NCBI GenBank assembly: GCA_965645245.1
Contig: OZ287082.1
Location: forward strand, 868,001 to 932,000
Direction: 5' to 3'
Length of the DNA: 64,000 bases
Source of the DNA: Massalongia carnosa
Lineage: Eukaryota
Of the stretch, positions 10,743-21,100 are shown one piece after another (within the stretch, counting starts at the first letter, position 1; every line of letters starts with the position of its first letter). A model generated the notes under the pieces. It saw only the letters and a list, made by a program, of their open reading frames with translations, was not told the origin of the DNA and did not search any database. A program made the translations under genes and the position numbers.

Positions 10743-12374
10743 ATGAATACGACAACGAGTGTCGAAGCCCAAGGGCAAGAGATAAGTGAAACTCACGAGC
10801 TAACAAGCAAAGCAAGAGAATTTCTGGAAAGAGCAGATGTGATTGTAGCCGGCGCGGAGGCGAGGCGTTGGATACTCGATCTTGTTGAGTTCATAGAAAA
10901 AACTTCATCGGAACGCGACGCGCTCGACGCGTCGACGCAGGAAAATTTTCAAGATACATTGCAGGATATTCAGCAAAGATTGAAGAAGATAGAAAAACAG
11001 TGCGAGAATAACGGCAAGGCTCTCAGCTACGCGGCGGTCGCAGCAGGAAAGCGTAAAAGCGGACAGGAAACCGAAGTGAAGAATCAAGGCCTCAACGAGG
11101 AAAACACCCTCAGAGAGAAGAGAAAAATGAAGGAAATCATAGTGAGAATAGAAGACCCCAAGGAGCAGGAAGCCCTAGGTAAAAAGACCACAAAGGAAAT
11201 AGTAGACGCCCTACGAGTCTCTAACGAAGAGGTGACGGGCATCCGACGACTACCAAGTGGAGATCTAAAAATTCACGTAAAAACACCGGAAGTCAAGGAA
11301 ACCTTGCAAGCACACTCGGAATGGATAAAGAGAGTTGCTGCATCAGCGACGATACGCAAAGAAGGCTATGCAATTCTAGCTCACGGAGTAAAAATGAACG
11401 AAGTCAGAGGGTCAAAGCAAGCGAAAGCATTGGAATACTTGACAAAGGAAAACGCAGGATTGCATGAAGGACTGAAAATCAATCGAGTAGCCTGGAGCGC
11501 CAGAGCCCGCAAACAAAACAAGCGCTACGCCTCGTTACACATCGAGGTAGAAACTGCAGAAATGGCCAATCGTTTGATCCTCGTAGGACTGGCGGACGAA
11601 GGGGAAATAAAAACATGCGAGCTCTTCGAAGCCGGCTGCAAGCTCACGCAATGCTTCAATTGTCAGCAATACGGACACATCGCGAAGTTTTGCAAAAATC
11701 CCACCGTCTGCGGGTACTGCGTCGGAAGGCACGACAGCAGAAACTGCCCATGCAGCAGAACCGGAAGGTCCCTACGATGCGCAGTGTGCGGGGACAAGGG
11801 ACACCCAGCGTGGGCAGCGGAATGCCAAGTCAGGAAAGAGAAAAAACACCGCACGGAAATCACAAGAGAATCACGCCGGCGCTTGTACGCAGTGCCGCCC
11901 CCACGCAAAGGAAATAAAGCAATCCTCAGCCAAGCGCAGGGGGGGCGTATGGAAGTCGTAGTCGAGGACGAAACCGAAGCAGGTCATGGGAATCAACAAC
12001 ACCAATCAAAAAAACCCACCGACGCCTCACAAAACGAGTTCCCATCGACACACATCACCAACGAGGCGGAGCCGCAGGAAGGAGAAGAGGCGGAAAACGA
12101 AGTGGAAATGACAGAAACTACGAAGACGATAAGTAAGAGAAAAGAAAGTGCGAGATCAATTAGAGAACTGAGAGTCACTCGGTCGCGCTCGTTATCACCA
12201 CAAGAAGCACAAGAACGGAGGATTCTACGAGGGAGGGAAGAATGGGGGTCGACGAGGGCAAAAATAATGAACCCAGAAAACAGAGAGTCGGTCTTCGCCA
12301 AACCGAAAAGAGGACGTCCGATGACTAGAGCAAGAAACACCAACGAGATACAACTCAACGAAAGAATGCTATGA
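10743..12374 (+). CDS. LINE ORF1 nucleic-acid-binding protein
   Basis: Three CCHC knuckles; SYAAVAA motif; stop overlaps the ORF2 start (ATGA). Confidence 0.92.
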   Translation: MNTTTSVEAQGQEISETHELTSKAREFLERADVIVAGAEARRWILDLVEFIEKTSSERDALDASTQENFQDTLQDIQQRLKKIEKQCENNGKALSYAAVAAGKRKSGQETEVKNQGLNEENTLREKRKMKEIIVRIEDPKEQEALGKKTTKEIVDALRVSNEEVTGIRRLPSGDLKIHVKTPEVKETLQAHSEWIKRVAASATIRKEGYAILAHGVKMNEVRGSKQAKALEYLTKENAGLHEGLKINRVAWSARARKQNKRYASLHIEVETAEMANRLILVGLADEGEIKTCELFEAGCKLTQCFNCQQYGHIAKFCKNPTVCGYCVGRHDSRNCPCSRTGRSLRCAVCGDKGHPAWAAECQVRKEKKHRTEITRESRRRLYAVPPPRKGNKAILSQAQGGRMEVVVEDETEAGHGNQQHQSKKPTDASQNEFPSTHITNEAEPQEGEEAENEVEMTETTKTISKRKESARSIRELRVTRSRSLSPQEAQERRILRGREEWGSTRAKIMNPENRESVFAKPKRGRPMTRARNTNEIQLNERML

Positions 12375-15300
12375 AGAACACAGAAACCCTTACGATACTG
12401 CAGTACAATGTCAGGAAAAGTGCAAAAGGCACACTGATACCCTTGCTGTCAGATAAAAGAACACAGGATTTCGACATCATAGCTATTCAAGAACCGTGGA
12501 AAAACCCTACGACGTCCCTACTTCTTAACCCCTATCAAAGTGGGTTCCATCTTCTTTATAAACCAGGGGGCGACACGCGAGTTTGCTTTTATATCAATAA
12601 CAAAATAGACCCAGAAAGCTGGGAAGTGGAATACCCGTCAGAGGATATGAGCACATTGAAAATAAAAGTAAAAATCGGAAACGGAACAAAAATGATTCAC
12701 ATACACAACGTATACAATCCATCGCCCTTATCCACTTCCTCGATAACTAGCCCGTCCACCCTATCGACCGTATTACACCAATTACAAGACCCCGGAGAGC
12801 ATATTCTTCTAGGAGACTTCAATCTCCATCACCCATACTGGGGTGGAGCAGGGGTACGAGGACAGCACGAGGCGTCCGAACAACTGCTGGACATTATAGA
12901 AAACAAAAATCTCTCTCTCACACTTCCAAGAGGAACAATTACATGGGAAGCAAGAAACTCGACCAGCACCATTGATCTGGTGTTCATGACAGAAGATTTA
13001 ACGGAGAGATTGGAACACTGCACCACGGTCCCGGAGATGAATCAAGATTCCGATCACATACCGATTTCAACGAGACTGCGGCTCTCCTGCGAACCCCTGA
13101 CAAAGCTCCCACGAAGGGCCTGGAAACTTCTAAACATGGACAAGGTAAAAGAAATCGAGAAAAGAACCCCCGCACCACGCATGCCGCACAGCATCGAGGA
13201 AATCGATCAATATACCAAGGAAATCCAGGATTACCTCAAGGAAATCGTAGATAAAGCAGTACCATGGGCCAGACCAAGCCCGGAGGCGAAACCCTTTTGG
13301 AATAAGGAATGCGACGACGCAACAAGAGAGACTCGTAGGCTACGAAGAATCTGGACCGCGGAAAGAAACCTAGCGGATTGGAAAAACTACGTTAAAGCAA
13401 ACGATAAGAAACAAAAAATTATCGGTAAAGCAAAAAATCTCTGCTTCAAACAGCAAATAGCCACAATCACAACTTCCCAATCCGGACTCTTCCGTCTAGC
13501 AAAGTGGGGTAAAAACAAAAGTGACGCCCCCAGAGAAATCCCAAAAATGCCCCCCCTGGCCACAACCCAGGACCCTGATACGATAGCCAATACCTTCGAA
13601 GAGAAAGCGAAAATGCTAAAGAAATCTTTCTTCCCCCTACCCCCGGACGCAGATCTCAGCGACATCGTAGGATACACGTACCCGCAAACCCCAGACTGCC
13701 CCATCCTGATCACGAAAGAAGAAGTGGCGGCAGCGCTTCGTAGGTCGAAACCAGACAAGGCACCCGGTCCGGACGGGATCACAAATAGAATTCTCAAGGC
13801 ATGCTCGGAAAATCTGATCAAGTTGCTGACACCACTGTTCCAGGCCTGCGCAGAGCAGGGTTATCATCCTCGAGCGTTCAAAACCGCCAACACCATCACG
13901 CTGAAGAAACCAGGAAAGAGTAATTACGCGGATCCTAAGGCGTGGAGACCCATTGCGCTCCTAAACACGCTTGGAAAAATGCTAGAATCCATTATAGCAA
14001 GGAAAATAAGCTATTTAACGGAAAAACTCAGATTAATTCCAGACACGCAAATGGGAGCAAGACCAGGCCGCGCAACGGACACAGCGCTCGAACTACTCAC
14101 GGAGCAGGTACACACGGTCTGGAATCAAGGGAAAGACAAAGTAGCATCGCTTCTTAGTATCGACGTCTCAGGCGCCTTCGATACGGTTTCACATCGTAGG
14201 CTCATTCATAATCTGAGAAAGAGAAAAATTCCGGAATGGATCACGAAATGGACAGAAAGCTTCCTCAAGGAAAGAGAAACCACTCTCACTATCAATCAAC
14301 GAACAACCAACGCATTCCAGCTGAATATAGGAATTCCGCAAGGATCTCCTTTGTCCCCCATTCTATATCTCTTTTATAATGCAGACTTACTCGATATTTG
14401 CAATAGACCAGGTACCAACGCAGCGGGCATGGGTTTCGTAGACGATGTCAATATACTGTCGTACGGAAAGTCCACCGAAGAGAATTGCAAAACGCTGGAA
14501 AAAATACACAACGACTGCGAACGATGGGCCGCTCGCCACGGCTCCGTATTCGCGCCACACAAATACGAGCTGATACACCTGGCAAAGAATCCAAAGAAAT
14601 TCAACCTGGACGCATCCTTCGCGGTAAGAGGCAAGATCCTGAAGACCAAGACTTCGATAAGAGTCCTGGGAGTATACATTGACACTAGACTCGATTGGGC
14701 AGCGCATTACAAGGAAATTCAGAAGAAAATGACGAGACAAACAATGGCACTGACCAAAATCGCAGCCTCAACCTGGGGGGCGACCCTCCTACGAGCCCGC
14801 CACGTGTACACAGCAGTGATACGCCCCGCCATGTCGCACGGCTCGATAGCATGGCACATGCCAGCCGAAGCAAGAAAGAAAGCCAAAGTTGAATCAAGAA
14901 GCAAACTCGAAGGCATACAAAACAAGTGTTTACGAGTCATAGCCGGAGCGTACAAGGCTACCCCAATTGAAGTATTACAGGCAGAAACCCACATCCCTCC
15001 CTTAACGCAACATCTAGACCGCTTACAAGCAAAAACGAGATCCAGAATCTCGAACAGCGAACAGGAAAAAATTATAAAGCAGGCGTGCAATAGAATTCAA
15101 GTGAAACTCAGAGGCAAAAGAGGTCAATCGAGAGTCGCAGAGAAAACACCGGGAACTCGTAAACGAGAATGGGTAACAAAGATGACGAAAGACGCACCGA
15201 AAACAGTTAAACTGGATCAACCCTCTCCCCCTCCCTGGACAACGATCGACGAGGCACAGAAGAGACAACGCACAGCGCAAGTAACGACGCAGAACCAACG

Positions 15301-15778
15301 AGACGGGATAATAAAGAAGCATTTTGAGAATCAGTGGATCAACAAGTGGAAAGCATATCAAGCAAAACACACGTTATATCCCACGATCGCACAACAGGCG
15401 CCTATACACAGGAAAAGGCTTAACGCACACAAGTTACTAGACAAAGCGCAAAGCTCACTAGCAACACAGATAAGAACGGAAAAAATCGGATTGGCCAACT
15501 TTCTATATCGGCGCAAGGTCCCAGGTGTGAACTCGGCGGCATGTCCCTGCGGAAGCCTCTTACAAACAGCCAAACATGTAATCATGTTCTGCAGACTGCA
15601 CGAACACAGAACGCACATGCTACGAACGGCAGGCTCGTCAGACTACCGCAAGCTAATCACCGAACCCAAAGCTCTCAAAGTAGTAACCGCGTGGCTCATG
15701 CGCACAGGTATTTTAACACAGTATTCCATTGCCACGCAACTGCTTGAACAGCAGCCGGGCAGTCTCTCTTCAGTTTGA
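12371..15778 (+). CDS. LINE ORF2 endonuclease / reverse transcriptase
   Basis: Same motifs as copy 1 (QEPW, GDFN, QGSPLSP, FVDD, CPCG..H..FC). Confidence 0.95.
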   Translation: MKNTETLTILQYNVRKSAKGTLIPLLSDKRTQDFDIIAIQEPWKNPTTSLLLNPYQSGFHLLYKPGGDTRVCFYINNKIDPESWEVEYPSEDMSTLKIKVKIGNGTKMIHIHNVYNPSPLSTSSITSPSTLSTVLHQLQDPGEHILLGDFNLHHPYWGGAGVRGQHEASEQLLDIIENKNLSLTLPRGTITWEARNSTSTIDLVFMTEDLTERLEHCTTVPEMNQDSDHIPISTRLRLSCEPLTKLPRRAWKLLNMDKVKEIEKRTPAPRMPHSIEEIDQYTKEIQDYLKEIVDKAVPWARPSPEAKPFWNKECDDATRETRRLRRIWTAERNLADWKNYVKANDKKQKIIGKAKNLCFKQQIATITTSQSGLFRLAKWGKNKSDAPREIPKMPPLATTQDPDTIANTFEEKAKMLKKSFFPLPPDADLSDIVGYTYPQTPDCPILITKEEVAAALRRSKPDKAPGPDGITNRILKACSENLIKLLTPLFQACAEQGYHPRAFKTANTITLKKPGKSNYADPKAWRPIALLNTLGKMLESIIARKISYLTEKLRLIPDTQMGARPGRATDTALELLTEQVHTVWNQGKDKVASLLSIDVSGAFDTVSHRRLIHNLRKRKIPEWITKWTESFLKERETTLTINQRTTNAFQLNIGIPQGSPLSPILYLFYNADLLDICNRPGTNAAGMGFVDDVNILSYGKSTEENCKTLEKIHNDCERWAARHGSVFAPHKYELIHLAKNPKKFNLDASFAVRGKILKTKTSIRVLGVYIDTRLDWAAHYKEIQKKMTRQTMALTKIAASTWGATLLRARHVYTAVIRPAMSHGSIAWHMPAEARKKAKVESRSKLEGIQNKCLRVIAGAYKATPIEVLQAETHIPPLTQHLDRLQAKTRSRISNSEQEKIIKQACNRIQVKLRGKRGQSRVAEKTPGTRKREWVTKMTKDAPKTVKLDQPSPPPWTTIDEAQKRQRTAQVTTQNQRDGIIKKHFENQWINKWKAYQAKHTLYPTIAQQAPIHRKRLNAHKLLDKAQSSLATQIRTEKIGLANFLYRRKVPGVNSAACPCGSLLQTAKHVIMFCRLHEHRTHMLRTAGSSDYRKLITEPKALKVVTAWLMRTGILTQYSIATQLLEQQPGSLSSV

Positions 15779-16151
15779 AAAACAAGTATCGCAGATTTTC
15801 GAGATACAGGAATCAATCCGCGGGAGCGGCGAACCCCCGATGAAGCGGATACGCAGGAGTAGTTTTTCACCTTTGGGTTTTCTACTTATTACATAGCTTA
15901 TATAGCATCTCCCGCATGGGCCGGCCTTCGGCCGGTGACACAACGGCGTAAGAATAATCAAATCAAAAAGGCGATGTGAAGAGAAGAAGAATTATTAACT
16001 ACTGCATCAAATTCTGATGTGTAGTTCAATTCTGTCGCTTAAATTTTATTTATCGCACAGTTTCGGGGTTTAAAATTAGGCCCGTCATTTTGCAAACGGA
16101 TGTATCTCAGTTATAATTATCATAAATTATATTTAATTTAATGAATAAACG

Positions 16152-16409
16152 TGTTAAATATTCAACTTCTACCAGCACATCAGATTAGATTAGATCAGAT
16201 CCAGGCTAACCGTATCGGTTACTTAAGACCTTTAGCAGTATCTTAATCAACCTAGGCTCGGATAAACTATAATCACTTCGCTTTGTAGAGGATGACCATA
16301 TTAAAGGAGAAGACTGCTTCATAGCAACTCTTTATCTTATACATCAGAGTCATACACATTGTCATTTATTAAATAGCTATATAGTCATAATTATAAACCT
16401 ATTTCAACA
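16152..16409 (+). mobile_element. Copia solo LTR
   Basis: TGTTA...TCAACA; shares TTCAACTTCTACCAGCA and GGCTCGGATAAACTAT with the 33420 LTR; flanks AAACG/AAGCG (TSD with one mismatch). Confidence 0.85.
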
Positions 16410-16653
16410 AAGCGTGATTATATTTACTCGATTATTAGACTTATTATTATATGATTTTTGGTTTTAATTATCGTTATATGAAAAATATCTCGAGAAATTT
16501 ATTTTAAATTCAACTTATTCCGAAAATCAAAAAAATTCTTCTGCTTCTCACTTAACGTAATAATATTTCTGGATCGCGCAAAGTATCTTCGGATTCTTTT
16601 ACGAGTGATTTATTGTGTCAAATTGACTAGTTTGTAAACGAGAAGACTTCTAT

Positions 16654-18002
16654 GATAATGATAATTCTTATTCCGATGTGGTACCGGCCGAAGGCCGGCC
16701 CATGCGGGCAAATCTATGGAATTATATAATACATGGAAAACCTTTTAAGGAAGAAAAACCAAGGAATCCGACATCTCTCCGAATACTTTTCGAGTCTCGG
16801 TCGAGGGATCTATCTGAAGAACAGTTGACCGGTGACAGGTTAAAGGAAAGGAAAGTCGCCTTTTAGCGACTTGACGTGTGGTTGTCAATGATATAAATGC
16901 TGTGCTGTCATTGAGAACTGAGTCAGTAAGCCGGTCTTCATTAACCAAGCGGTGACTAGTTTCATCGCTCTGGATGAGTCGGTAATTAGTCGATAGTTGT
17001 TTGTGCCTATAGAACGTAACATTGACTGTCTGTTGCTGTTAAGTTTGCAAAACATGATTACATGTTTCGCGGTTTGTTTCGGCCAGCCACATGGACAGTT
17101 TGGTGTTAGGACGTCGGGGACGTGACGTCTAAATAGAAAGTCGGCTAGGCCTATCTTTTCTGAGCGTATCTGGATAGTTAGAGCGCTTTCTGCTTTGGCT
17201 AGAGTTTTGTGTAATTTGATGCGTTTTATTTAGTGGGGCTGCCTGTGCTGGAGTAGGCGTAGATGTGCGATTCTGATATGTTTTCCATGAGGTCTGCCAT
17301 GCGTCTAAATATCGTTTTTTTTATTTTTGCGGTTATTTTACCTTGAGCCGCCCGCGCCTCTTCAATTTCTCGAGCTGTATTCGGGGGGGTTCGGCCCATG
17401 GTGGGTGCGCTACCGGCGACGCGATTTTATGTGTGTCCGATATTATTTTCTTGGCCCATGCGTGTTTCAGCATTCCCGGGGTACTCGCAGGAGCTCGTTT
17501 GCGTCTAGCCTGGCCTCTGAGTTTGTTTGCAATAGAGTTGCATGCATTGATGATGAATTTCTTTTGACCTCCCTGACACAAGCGATGTCTAGCCTGCGTC
17601 TGAAGTTGATCTAGATGTATGTCAATAGGAGCTATGTACGTTTCTGCTTCCAATACCGCTATTGGGGTCGCCTTAAATGGTCCAGCTATAGTTCGTAAGC
17701 ATTTATTCTGTATGACGGCTAGCTTGTTTGAGATGCCGTTCGATTTTTTTATATCCTTTGGCATGTGCCATATAGTAGAACCATACGTTATGGCCGGGCG
17801 AACTACGGCGGTGTATATCTGGCGGGCTTTTGGAAAGGTGGCGCCCCATGTGGAGGTAGAAATTTTTGTCAGTGCCCTGGATTGTTTTGTCAGTTTTTCC
17901 TGAATCTTTCTGATATGTGGACCCCATTTCAATTCGGATTCCCAAGATTCTAATGTCTGTTTTTGGTTTAATGATGCTGTTTTCTATCTTAACAACAGCA
18001 GT
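16654..18002 (-). mobile_element. Tad1-like LINE copy 3, 5'-truncated
   Basis: 14-bp TSD GAGAAGACTTCTAT at 16640-16653 and 18003-18016; ORF2 C-terminal homology (STWGATF..ARQIYTAVVRPA); conserved 3' hairpins. Confidence 0.9.
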
Positions 18003-18130
18003 GAGAAGACTTCTATTATTATGCAATTGAAATGATATTTTACTGTTCAGATTTAAGAATTGACTTCGAGACGAGCTTTCAACAACTGACATCAACTAAA
18101 CAGAAAAAAGTCGAAAGAAGGTTATACGTT

Positions 18131-21100
18131 TCATGGCCCCATATGAACGAACGCTCCCCACAAGACAGGATGATATCCCGCATCGCGCAGATGATCAACG
18201 CTAGCATGCAACCCCTCAGCAGTTCCTTGATAGCGTAGATGATCGTCTAGCCCGAATAGCTCGGTATAAAACGCTCTCGCAAGCTCAAGTGAAGCTTCAT
18301 CGGAGATCTTCCACATGCCGGAAATCGTATGTGGAACGCCGGCCATGTTGAAACCCCCTGCGACATGCATCCCCTCGTCACGTAGCAGAAGATCTTTATT
18401 CGCGGCTGTCTCGCATGCTGACAGGAACACTAGCCGACAATGTGCAATTTCCATCTTCATCAAGGCTCGAACGTTGAGTGGACGGTCTGTCCAGTCTGCG
18501 AGGCGTATGGCACTTTTCGAGGGATCCTCATGATCGGCAACGCCGTGGCATGCAAAGTGCGCGATTTCGCACGTGCGCAAACGAGATGTGATTTCGTTGA
18601 GCCTCGGCGACAGCTGATCATCGACAGGGATTTTCTTGTCAATGATGCTCTTTATTAGTGCTACTTCGACGTCGGCGTCGAGGTTGAATGTCTCGTCCAT
18701 GTCTGGCGTTTGTGGCATGCCGACTAGAAGTGCCTCGTCGTGGTTTCCTTTGGATTCTAGATGTTCTGCACGCCTCCGTAAGAAATCCAAGACTCCGATT
18801 GAGGGAACGTAGGACGAGATTACTCTCTCATGAACCGATGGACAGTCTTGAGTCGATCTAGAGGATTTCCAGTCTCCAGCTGCGTGTATTGGGAACAAGC
18901 TCAGCCATCCCGACGAGATCCAATAGATGCGTTGTTTCCCACGTAGATGTTTGAATAGATGCTCTCGCTCGAGATAGGTTAGGATTGGTTTTGCTGTTGT
19001 CGTCCATAGCCATAACATGACTTCCTCGAAAGACTTGCAGGCCTGCAAGAAGTCGTTCATAATCCCGGCCTGAACCTCATACATGCGTTGTGCTTGGATT
19101 ACAACGTCCGCCATTCTGAGTTTAGGCAATGCTACAGCGTGAGCGCCCTGCGAGCTTGTGATGAGAGCATCGCAGCGGTATTCACTGATATTCAAATAAA
19201 CTACAGGGAAATCTTTGCTCGAAGCTGTGGTATTTCTCTCGATAGAAGGGAGCAAAAAGTCCTTGAAGCCATTTTCGTTCCTTATGGTCTGCAGCAATCT
19301 CGTGTATGCATCAGCGTTCGCATGCCTCTCAAGGCGGATCTGATCCTTGGCAGGAAGCACGCCAACAATAACGCTGTTCGAATCCGATACCGTTTGTGAC
19401 ATCAGCGTGCTTCGAAGCGATTCGAACTGACTAGAGAGATTTGGGTGAGCCTTGCGTAGCGTGTCAAGTGGCGTTGCTGAGAGTACGAAATGATTCCAGA
19501 TGAATGCTCGACTCTGCTCCAGCGCGAGTACAATTTGCGCTGCCGGGACAGATGCACCCATCGCTAAAGCTGTAGCGCTGCTGGGAAGATAATGATACTT
19601 GCGAACCAATCTCAGCTGCTCAAAGCGATTCGAGTACATGAACATCGCCTGAGGAAGAAGATTTACCGCTTTCCTGATTTGTTCATATGCCTTTCGGTAA
19701 TCCGAGTTGACGGACACTTCCAGTACCGACGCGACATTCGCGGCTCTCAACAGCAGATCCGTGCGCGCATTTTTTCTTGATGCCAGTTCACTGCACTCTT
19801 TTAGCGCTCTCCGACCATAATCGATATCGTGGAATTTTTCAAAAATTTCGTTGAACACCTCAGCTCTGTTCGTTCGTGATATAGTTTTGTGATCATCATG
19901 CAGTGACTCGTGGTTTACGGCTTCATCAAAGGAGGCAACGCTTGCGATATAATCTGGAAAGTGACCGGACCTGGTCGCTTTTTTGTGCAAAGCTACACCA
20001 ATGTTCATTGTAACATCTGCTCGATAGCGCCCATCCGCACCCGAGCTGTTTTTCACCTTTTCATAGTGCTCCAGAGCTGAATCTAAATCGGCAACGTTCT
20101 GCGTGATTTCGTAGCCTCGAAGGTATGTGCTCCCTAGATTACAATTGACGAGCTGGGAGATATTCAGGCCGAGTCCTACAGGCGAATTGAGTACAGAAAC
20201 CAGATAGGATTGGGCATCTTGTAGCAATCTCAGTTCTGGACGCAACGAGAACATCAATATTAGCGAGTAACTCAAATTGCACGCTCGACCCGCATATCGA
20301 GGGCTACGTGCGTCAGCAGCACTTAGGCTTCCTCGAAAGAGATTGATTGCACTCGCAAGGTCTTCTTGGGAACCCCAAAAGAGATATCGCTCTAGCATTG
20401 CGTGACCCATGCCGTTTTTCAACATTGCAAGGTCAGTATGATCAGCCTCTGGACTAAGTTTTTCGAGGTTCTTGATTGACAAGGCATACGTTTGAATCGC
20501 ACGATTTAAATCGTCTACCGACGAATTTTGCCGGAATTTGATACAAAGGGCGTTGGCTAGATCATTTTGTGTCAAGGCCAAGTTGTGCCGGTTGCCAGGC
20601 ATGATGCACGCAGCACTCAGCCAATTCAATGCCTGATCGAGATCTTGAATATCGCCACTGCAGTTGTACTGGCTTGTAAAACATGTTCCAAGGACCCAAA
20701 TGCAAGACGCCAGGTTGGCCGTGTCCCATTCCTCTAACTGGTCAATGGCAGCATATATCGCTGTGAAAGCCTGGCTCAAGTCTCCAGGTGATCCGTCCAA
20801 GATATGCCTCGATCTGCATACCTGCGCGCACCAGCGATTAAAGTCCCAGCAGGCCTCGTGCTCGGTGTATTTTAGAGACAGCTTGGAAAGATCTACCGCC
20901 CGATCCAGATACCGCCTTTCCCCATCGAGATCATAGCGGCAGGAAGATATCGCGCTCGTACGGTAATAGGCCCAGCCACGGGAGTTGCTGCTCTCCTTGA
21001 TCATTTCCACCGAGCTATCGGCTAGTCTGCACGCTTCGCTCATAATACGTCGTGATTCGGCAATATCCTTCTCTCCGCCTGCTATGATTCGTAAAGCGTC

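Larger units (their letters stand above)
10702..15965 (+). mobile_element. Tad1-like LINE copy 2, both ORFs intact
   Basis: 13-bp TSD AAAAGGCGATGTG at 10689-10701 and 15966-15978; AATC-type tail. Confidence 0.93.

Noticed and set aside
15790..15950. Self-cleaving ribozyme in the LINE 3' UTR
   Set aside because: No hammerhead CUGAUGA/GAAA core or HDV-like pseudoknot found; only the two small hairpins are supported
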